A stretch of DNA of 64,000 nucleotides from Trichosphaerium sp. ATCC 40318 (taxonomy: Eukaryota > Protista > Tubulinea), in the NCBI GenBank assembly GCA_038496445.1, contig JALMLS010000091.1, positions 27,148 to 91,147 on the forward strand, in the 5' to 3' direction. Each line of letters opens with the position of its first letter. Position 1 is the first letter of the stretch. This document shows positions 54,328 through 64,000 of the stretch, one piece after another. The notes beneath the pieces are model-generated. The model was not told where the DNA came from and did no database searches. It saw only the letters and a list, made by a program, of their open reading frames with translations. A program made the position numbers and the translations under genes.

Positions 54328-57300
54328 ATGATGATGGATAAAATAGAAAGTAAATCCTCTGTCAAATTGCTACAATCTAAGAGTTCACAATGTAACTACC
54401 GTGAAAATGCTCGTAATCTTGATATACTGAAGCTAAAACGCGGGTTATCGCGTAAAATGCCTTCGGTATTGGTATGTACGCTGTTGTAGCGTAATCTAAT
54501 AAGAGTGGTAGGAATACTCAGCGTTACATTGGTGTATTGCTGATGGAGACACTGAAAACACCAAACGGCTCGTAGAAAATACCAATGACGTTAATGCTCG
54601 CGATAAATGGGGTTCGTTGCCTTTTTAGTACCATAGATAAAACTAAGAATCTTCGCGTAGGAAATACACCACTGCATCTAGCTTGCCGTGAAGGTACAAT
54701 TGATGAGTTATTTGTATTTTTAACTTAGTTTTGAATACTTACATGAATACTAAAGGTAGCCGTGCAACAATGTTCTACTTGCTTGAAAACGGCGCAGGCA
54801 TCAGTTTACAAAATTATATGGTGACGTTTGGTTTTTTATTGTTAAAACATACGCTAACGAGCAGTTTCAGGGTATTGACGCTTGTGGTATTGCAAAGTAT
54901 CGTAACTTTGGACCATTACGACAGTTTTTATTGAACAAGACTATAACAACGACTACCCCGACACAATTGGATTTTTCGGGTTTAAACCTCAAGTTCATAC
55001 CTTCAGGCAAGAAATAACAACAATCAAAAAACGTCGTTTTTTTTTTTCGAATAGAGAAATGTTCCTTTACTGACGTTTGGTTATTAGAGATATACTCTTG
55101 CACAAAGCTTAAGAAACTGGATCTAAGTTACAATAATATTGAGTGCTTGCCCTCTCAGATAACTAAGCTTGAGAACTTGCAGAGTCTAAACGTACAGCGC
55201 CTTTCAAAACCAAACCAAATTCCTGATTTTTTTTTTCTGACAATGAGGACACTAGTTCCCCTTGAGCTTCTCTGTGAAGAAGTATTTAATCTTCTCTCCG
55301 AGTCATACTATACAAAACAGCCTCTGCTTTTCTTGAGACGTGCTAAGGCGTGAATAACTAATTATATTTAGTTATCCCATAATTACTTACCCGAACTACC
55401 ACCTGAATTGGCTCAGATGACATCTTTATCAGAACTTCGCGTTGAGAGGAATAACTTGGATATTGAGCAAAGCATTATTAACAAGTACTTATGAGAGTCT
55501 TGACTTTATTCCTTACTCTGCGCCTGTAGAGGGACTGCTAGTATTATAAGACATTTAAAAACAAGGTTGACGGATAATCTTAAACCTTGGCACAAAATTA
55601 AACTGTTGTTTGTTGGCAAAGAAGGAGTTGGTATGCTATAGTTTACATGCTACATAATTTTGCTAGTACTAATACGTGTCTTGGTAGGTAAAACAACATT
55701 GTTACGATGTTTGAGAACTAGTAAATTTAGCGGTAAAGATTTATCAACAGATGGCATAGATATGGCTGGTATGTCCAGTTTATTGCGTCTTAGGGACCTT
55801 TCATGTTATTACTTAGCGTTTTATTAACACGTGAGCTTTTTTATAGAGTGGGTGAACGGCAAAGTTAATTTTAATTGTATGGACTTTGGTGGACAAGAAG
55901 TTTTCTATCCAACACATAGATTATTCCTTACTAAGAGATCTATTTACTTGATTATATTTAATCTTCATGATATGGACTCTCTAGTGAGACTTGAGTATTG
56001 GTTAAGGTGGATAAAACATACACAAAAACTTGTAGGCAAGTGAAGAAGAAAAGAATTCTTACGAAAAAGTTTTTCTTTTTGTTTAACTGTTTCTTTTACA
56101 ACAGGTCCACCTGTCATTATTGTTGGTACACATATGGATTTAGTACCTTCGGATAAGATAGCGGCTATTATAAAGTCCATCAAGAAGAGGTATAAGTCTA
56201 AGTTTCCAAACATTAAAGATATTATTGCTGTAAGCAGTAAAGATAAGAAAAATATAGCTTACCTCAAAAAACGCCTTCAAGAGTACGTATAGATATCCAA
56301 TCGCATACAGTATCCTTCTCTTAATTTTCTATGAACAGGGTTGCACTACGATCAGCTATACTAAAAATGAGAGTTCCAAAATCTTGGTAGGTGAAACACG
56401 TGTTTGTTTGACTATTTTTTTTTCCTTGCTTACAGTTTCTTAATAGGAAAATTTTTTGGAATTTCTTGAGTGAGTACAAGAAGAAGCATGGTGCTACTGT
56501 AAAATGGGGAAAATATTGCACATGGGCTAAACAAGCAAATATACCGTCAGGGTATGAGATATCGTCTATTTGATTTATTTGCTTCGACTTATTGTTGTTA
56601 ATAGATCACTCCAAAACTTGACTTCTTTTCTTCATGATATTGGTGCAGTAATGCATTTTAACGAACCTAACTTGAGGCACCTTGTTATTCTAAGTAAGGT
56701 TTAATTAGTAATTACTATATACTCATATTTGTTCGTTATAGATTGCAAGTGGCTTGCAGATGTAATGAAGTCTTTAGTGTCTATGACACAAAATTATGTT
56801 TCAAAAGGAATGTTGAGTGTTAAGCACTTACCACTTATTTGGAAACAGTTCCCTTCATCTGAACGCAAAACTCTTCTTGATATCCTAGAGAAGTTCGAGA
56901 TTATATTTCCTATTGACAAGGAATGTGCTGAGCGTCTATGCGCTAAAGACATAGCACAGCGTACGTACTAAACGAAGTCATGTTTGATGTTTACTAAAAA
57001 TGTCTCTAGATTACTTTACACCCAATGTAGGCCGACGACAAAGCTCAAAACGTCTCTCAGCGCCTGCTTTCAAAAAAAGACCTCATCAAGTTGATCAGTT
57101 CACAGCTTTTAGAGGATCACGTGACGAATCAAGTTGGCAATATAATAGTTTACAGTGTATGTATTTTTTTTTTCAAATGAATTTATTCTGTTAATGTTGA
57201 CACGATGTTATAGCTGTAAGAGAATCAGAAGTCGTTTCAGCAGCTAAATCTACTAGTACGTTTTTTTGGAAAAGCCAAATATAATGTCTTGTATTAATCA

Positions 57301-60300
57301 GGTTAAAATAGAACTAAGGAACAAAATTCAGGAGTTGACTGTATGACATGGTGTTTTTTTTATCCCTAAGTTGTCTTAACTTATTGTATTCACTTTATTT
57401 CTTAGTATATCATCCCTTGTTTACTACCTATTGATCCAGATGAATCCAAGTTAGAGGTAAGTAAAGACTAAGCATCCTTAGAAAATATGCTAATGGGCAT
57501 GAAAATTAGTTGGTATTCTCTAAAAAGCTACCTGATAGATTTTGCTCAATTGTTCGAAGGTACTGTTAAACAATTATTTGCTTTTTTGGTAATGACTGTT
57601 TAGGTATAAATTTATGTTCATGCCTATCGGATTTTCTGCTTCAGTCGTTGTAAGGGCGTACCACTTGCCACATTTCAATATTGTACGTATTAGATAAGTT
57701 AGTCTCATTTTTTTTTGGATTTCTTCTTGTGAATTGAAATGATGTGAACTGAAACTGGTTATAGCAACTTTGTTGGCAAAATGGTGTTATAATGAAGCGT
57801 GGAAATAGAAATCCAATCTTGTTAGGATTATTCTACAATCCACATCTACGCACTTTAGATGTTAATGTCAGATATATAAAATTACACAAAGGATCCGTTT
57901 CTAAGGCGAGACACCTTCTCAAATCAGTCGTACGTGTAATCTGCTGGCATTCAACACGACAAAGCAATTATGCAAACATGCTTTTACTTATGTTCTTAAT
58001 ATAGCTTGAGATGATAAACAATTTGATTGAAGGTGTTTACAGTAACAACTCCGCTGAGAAGTTTGCTCTTTGTACAAAATGTGCAGCAAAAGGTCTTGAT
58101 GATCATCCTATAGAAACTAGTGCATTAGAAATGCTTATAATGAAGAGGGAGAAGCAAGCATTATGTTCTATTCTAAATGTGGAAATTAAGTACGGAAGAT
58201 TCCAGATGGTTGAAAATCACGTTTTCTGTTCTTTTTCTCGTATACTTATCGTATTGTAGTTTGATTGATTTATGTCCGGATCTATTACTTGCAGCAAATA
58301 ATATGATTGAAACATCTACACTTATAATTGGAGAGGAAATTGGAGAAGGTAAAGTTGTTGTTTAGAAGTCTTTGGAGTATAAGTTAATCGTTTATTTTAA
58401 GGCGCTTTCAGTAAAGTATTCAAGGGAACCTATGAGGGTAAAGATGTTGCTATAAAGAGACTTCGTACAGGATCAGGTATGTCATTAAAAGGGTATACTA
58501 TCAATACTTCAACAATTCTTCTAGTTTTGTTTTCTCACATTTTTTGTTCAGGTAATCAAGAGGAGCTTGTTCAAAAATGGCAGGAGATTCAACAAGAAGC
58601 TTTTATAATGGCTGAATTTAATCATCCAAATATTGTTCAGTTTTTTGGTGTTACACTTCAGCCGCCTCAGCTTGTACTCGAGTTGTTAAATGTGCGTAAC
58701 AACGTTTCCTTTTTTTTTTTTGAAAACAGAAAAACCCTCAAACACTCGCTAACTTGTACAAAGGCTGGTGATTTGTTTGAATTACTACACGACAAGAGTT
58801 TCGCGAACAAGGATTTCGCTTGGATTACGAGATTACAACTTGGTATAGATATTGGTAAAGGCCTTGAACACATGCATAAACTTGTACCTCCTATAATGCA
58901 TCGCGATTTAAGAAGTCCTAATGTACGTTCTTACAAAAAGCTTATTCCAAAGTTTGGTTTTTTGGTTCTGTTTACAATACTAATGATTATACGTAGATAT
59001 TTGTACGTAACTCTTGTGATAGAAAAGTAGCTTCATAGCACATAGCTTGTGGCACTAGTGATCCATTTATCCTGTTTTTTCTTATAACCTGTCTAATCTT
59101 TATTTAGCTCCATCGTGAAGGCGATAAGTTAATAGCGAAGGTGGCAGACTTTGGTCTCAGCCAACGTGTGTCTTATAGAGCCAGTGGTATCTTAACAACA
59201 TGGCAATGGATGGCACCAGAAACCTTCGATTCTGCACAGAGTAAAAACTATACTGAACTAGCAGATGTGTACAGTTATGGCATCATCCTTTGGGTGCGTG
59301 ATTACGCTTCTCATTTTTTCTACGCTTTCATATATTTTGTAATGTTTTTGCACTAACGGTTACTTAGGAGCTTTGTTCACGTGAGTATCCATTTGATGAA
59401 TACCAGATTTATAAAAATGACTCAAGAGGGAATCAAAGCAAGCACATAAATCTCGGAAATTATAAAATATCTAATAATTTTTTACTCTAGTCGCTGTTGG
59501 AGATAAATACGCTATGCAAGAACGTATATCCAAAGAGGTATGTACTTTTTTTTTTCTTTTTTTTTGAATTGGCTTACTAAGTTTATGTGTAGGATTTGAG
59601 ACCTACTATTCCGCCCAATACACCTAAACAAGTGGAAAAAGTCATAAATGGGCTTTGGAAGAGGAAACCAAGCGATAGGTATCTCTTTGCTTCAACAACT
59701 TTTTAAGTTTTTCTTGTTTTTTTCTAGTTTTGATTAGTATGATTTTCCTTATTTGTATTTATGTAGGTGGCCTTTGGGTATTGCTATAAAGACTTTAGAT
59801 AATGAATTGAATAAAGTAAAGCAAAGTATGACAGTACCAGATGATAAGATAACGCGTAAATCATCTATCTCTACAGTACGGTTTCTTTGTTTATTTTTTT
59901 GCTACTTTTAGATTTGAAAGTCTTTTAATGTGCTCTCTAGGACAAGCGAAGTCTGAAAGCTTTTGCCATTGAGCGTAAAGAACTAATAATTGAATTGGAA
60001 CGCCAAAAGTGGAGCTGTAATCGTGCTATGGCTTGTAGATTGTACGTCTTATTTTTTTTTTTTCTTCATTCTGATAAATTTTAGCGTTCTTGATTATATT
60101 TCGTCTCACAAAGATCCACTTCGTGATCCTTATAGTACAATACCTAATGTAAAATCGAGAAAGTTCAGGAGTAATCCTTATCACCGTAAGAATTAAGGAG
60201 ACTTTGCTCTTTATTGACCCTTTTGTTTTTTATTCCAGATGTATTTGTTCGAAGACAATCAGTTACTGAAGAAGCTAATATCTTGCTCGAAACTACTCAA

Positions 60301-61332
60301 CAACATCGTACAACATCACTAGCAAAGAGAGAAATCCTTATTGTGCTACTTGGTTCGTTTCATACTCGATAAGGTGGTTACTAACTGTGAGTTTCTTAGC
60401 TGCTTGGCAACTTGACTTAGCTCAGTTGGATATCTTTTCATTGCCATACAAAATGAGGTTTGTTTTTTGTGATTGAATTTTGTTGACTTTGTGTTGTTGG
60501 CGTTATTCTTACATGGTTTTGTTCTTAGATTCTTCAACTATACTGGACAACGTAGTATTGGTGCTAAGGCATTGTTGACAAGATTCGATGACTTTACGGA
60601 GTTAGGTTGTCTGTACTATATTGACCTTGCTGAGTATCCTTTTTTTTTGTTATTTTTTATTTTATTTTTGGATTGCGGTTTCAAGGTTGCTCTTGATCCG
60701 GCATGTCTTTTCTTTCTTGATTTTCTTCTTAACTAGCATTGACAAATAAAAGACCCTTTTCACTTATCAAGCTGCTTTGAACAGTATCAGTCAATTATGC
60801 GAAACTTCCGACAAGGTAATTTTTCTTGATAACAAAGATTTTTTTTTGACTTTCTGATGTTTAGGTGTTCTTATTATTCTGTTTGTTAACTTTGATGCTT
60901 TCTCTAAATCTTACAAAACCGGTGATTTGGATAAATTTATTCTAACACTACGTACGTATCCGTGACTGCTTACAAGTCATAAAAGTTTGCTATGTTTTTT
61001 TTTTCATAACTAATATTCTTTTTCAGCAACGAATTACCTCGATGGTGCTGGTGAGCATAATCTAAATCCACTAAATGCCAATGATGCTATAAATACTATA
61101 CGCACAGTTTTTAGTAACTCATTTAGAAAAAACGGCACGTGTCACGTGAAAAATTGTTTAAAAGTTTTTTCAAACTGCAAAAAAGTGCAAGCTTTTTTTG
61201 GATTGAGTTTACTAAGTTGGTTGTTTAGGTCGGTGGAGAACGACTATATTCCATGTCCAAGACCATGTAGATATTAATGATGGAATGCGTTTCTATACAA
61301 AGACGTACAGAGAAGAGTTTGCTTTTGCTTAA
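54328..61332 (+). CDS. Roco kinase: ankyrin-LRR-ROC-COR-TKL kinase plus C-terminal G-alpha-like domain
   Basis: Ankyrin GNTPLHLAC; LRRs; ROC KLLFVGKEGVGKTTL, STDGID, DFGGQEVFYPTHRLFL, IIVGTHMD; COR WLADVMKSLV; kinase IGEGAFSKV, VAIK, HRDLRSPN, VADFGLS, WQWMAPE. Confidence 0.92.
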
Positions 61333-61538
61333 AGTGACCTTGTAGAGGTTGATAAAGTGCTAGTAAGTAGTACAAAATAAAAATTGTGTAAATTACTTTA
61401 TCTCTGTTATCGCCTTCACTTTATTTCATTTTGGGCTACTTAACTTTACATGTTCACATGTTTAGTTTACTATGGTAGCGAGGATCAAATACTTGATGCA
61501 CAAGAGTCGTTATTTAGGATTGTTGTTCTTTGAGTACA

Positions 61539-62548
61539 CTAAAATATTCGTTGATATAATTCACGTGTTTTGTCTTTGTCCATATGATCGAGCCACACTA
61601 CTTCAAGTGTCTTTGCATTATGTGACTAGAGGACAATAAGTAGTGTAGCTGTTTCAAAAGTTGTTCTGGTTTGATGTCTTGTCTTACCTCGACGTGTAAG
61701 TTGTGGTGTTTTAAAATTGATACAATGGCTTCTCTTATATCATCTTGTTTCCAAACTTCAACATTAGCTCCATACACTTGTAGAATATCTGGGAACGTAT
61801 TGAGACTTCCTTTTCCGTCGGACGCCTACACAATTCTGATAAGTAAAAAAGAGAAAGAATAATGTTTTCTGAACACTTGATACTGTACAGAATCTTACCG
61901 CTTGTGAGCATTGTTTTAGTATGTATTCTACAACTGCGTTCATCCTGGGAAGTAAATTCTGATATGTAAGATACTTCAGCTTCAATCCTGTTTGAGTATT
62001 GTGTTAGTGAAGTGATGCGATAAGTTGGGTGTTGATTCTCTTATGTTGTATTACCGTAGTCCTTCCAATTAGCTTTTGAAATATCGTAGTCAATACAATA
62101 AAACTCAAGGGCTATCATCAAGTCAAACACTGTATCCATCGTAAACCGTCGTGGGATTATAATACATCCAGAAGTGTAAAACGAAATAACGTATTTGAAG
62201 AAATCTGGATATCTGAAAAAAACCCTCATGATCAGCCACGTGACTTGTTTAGAATAAACAATAAAAAGCTTACTGAGTAATGATAATAGCTCCTGAATTA
62301 TCACTCTTAAAGGTTAGAGAAGATCGTGATGTCGAGACACCGAGTAATCGTCCAAGTAATGTATCAGGATGAGAAGCAAGCAGTTCTTTTCGAAGGATAT
62401 ATCTGGATCGTCTTGAAGTTGTTTTATGGCGCACAACAAATCTTAATACATCTTCCTACATACTATATTAACCTTCAAATTAACTCAAGTCATAAAACAA
62501 GGTACAGAAGAGGTGTTGTTGGCCATACGCTGCAATAAATTCAACCAT
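61539..62548 (-). CDS. BTB/POZ (KCTD/T1-type) domain protein
   Basis: LLASHPDTLLGRL...YPDFFKYVISFYTSG...LEFYCI; both ends approximate. Confidence 0.7.
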
Positions 62549-62775
62549 TACTTAACAAATCGTTCAGGCTTAAGCGCTTTGTTTAAGTTGGTTTACTAAT
62601 GTAGTACTTTTGCACATAATGCGTTTTTAGTGGGTGATAACAGATAACATTTCCGGAACATGTGGTCGGCTTTTTGTGTACAACAAAATGCTGAATATGG
62701 AGTTTTAGACAGACAATCAACACCACGTGCTTCAGAGGGTAGTTGGTAGTTTATTTTTTTTGTATGTTTACCCTA

Positions 62776-64000
62776 TTATTCTAGTGCTATTGTAGGCTCT
62801 ACACCATTATCTGGAGAGCTCAGCCTTATACCTACAGTAATAACTCTTTTATTCCGTTTATGTTTATACGGAAACAGCAAACTTGGCTTAGTAGCAAGCA
62901 CAATGATGATGCATAAAACAGTAGCTAATAAGAATGCACCAGTAGAACCTCCTACAATAGGTATGAGGTACTTGTTAAGAGTTGTTTTTTTTCTGCATCA
63001 CAAGATGAAGTATCAAAAGCAATGATTAACTTATTGCCTTCAAGCAGTAAAAAAGTAAGAAAACAACAATTTAATGATTTCTTAAAACCAAACATACCAA
63101 ATATACCTGATACCGCAAGACAATCTTCCTCTGAGAGTATTATTGTAGGCACCTCAGTGATTTCAGATGTACATGATCTCATGAAAGAAACAAGTTCAAA
63201 GGAAGGAGGATATGAAAACGTGTTATTAATAGTTAGCTTAGCATCTGTTTTGTACGTTAGTAATGGTCTTTGACAACGATAACTTTAACATACTTTCTAG
63301 ACTTAAGCAATCGTATGAGTTTAACATAAGAGGACCATTGATAGTTACAGTACTGTTTACGCATGTCAAGTTACCTAAGATAGCTTGTTAAACCTTTTGT
63401 TTCATCTAAATGAAAGAAACCATTACCTTGTATTTTTAGAGACGAAGCTAAAGACAGTGTGGGAGGTATTAAATAAGATGTTGTAACAGTCCATGTTTCA
63501 TCAACACAAATAGCAGCTTGTACATCTGAAGCAAAACCGCCGCAAACAATATTTAAGGAACCACTTCTTGGTGCTTCTACTGGCTTACTTGTTGGCGTTT
63601 CTGCTGGCTCACTTGACGGTGCGATTGGCAAGGATGTTGGTGAGGGCGTTGGTGGTGTATCCGAGGTTAACGTATAGCCTACTATCAACCTGTCAACTGA
63701 AATCCATACACTGTTTTCTTTTGTTTTATCCACTGCTACAACATTGTATCCAGATCCTGATAAGAGCTGTTCACTACCTACACCACATTATAAGCACAGT
63801 GAACACTAACAACAACATAACGTGTACGTACCAGTTGAGTTTATACGCCATACAGAATCATACGCTGTGGCTATTATTGTGTCGTTTCCAAGGGATACAA
63901 TGTTTGTTATTCCACGTGATGTTGTATAGGGTCACCAAACATAGTAAAGGATGCTAAGGTGCCATCTTCAGTAATATTGGCTGTTGAAGAAAACCAAGTT
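62776..64000 (-). CDS. Type I membrane protein, 3' part (P/S/T-rich stalk, single TM); continues beyond the window
   Basis: TPPTPSPTSLP stalk, TM LAVSGIFGGSTGAFLLATVLCIIIVLA, basic stop-transfer KHKRNKR. Confidence 0.65.

Overview
Compact, AT-rich, intron-dense eukaryotic nuclear DNA (standard code, mostly 40-250 nt GT-AG introns, intergenic gaps often only 120-600 bp). Gene content points to an amoebozoan-type protist (inference from a Roco kinase with HRDLRSPN, a MYRF/MrfA-like self-cleaving protein, a hybrid histidine kinase, a penta-EF protein and a divergent G-alpha). About 28 genes were reconstructed by eye by joining exons, so their coordinates are approximate. They include DRS1/DDX27, PIG-T, RPLP1, RIO2, acyl-CoA oxidase, ARMT1/DUF89, two PI-PLC-X proteins and several genes of bacterial or giant-virus flavour (two MORN-variant paralogs, F-box/LRR, FlaR-like kinase, FruK/LacC-like kinase). 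The most unusual items are: (1) an Ank-LRR-ROC-COR-kinase whose C-terminal exons encode a degenerate G-alpha-like domain; (2) a membrane-tethered Peptidase_S74 autocleaving protein with a non-Ndt80 N-terminal domain and a CBM-like luminal domain; (3) a multipass membrane protein fused to an F-box and a piggyBac-type zinc ribbon; (4) a helical-repeat protein with a PD-(D/E)XK/RAP-like nuclease domain; (5) enrichment of CACGTG and several GC-AG introns. No rRNA, tRNA, CRISPR array or intact transposon was seen.
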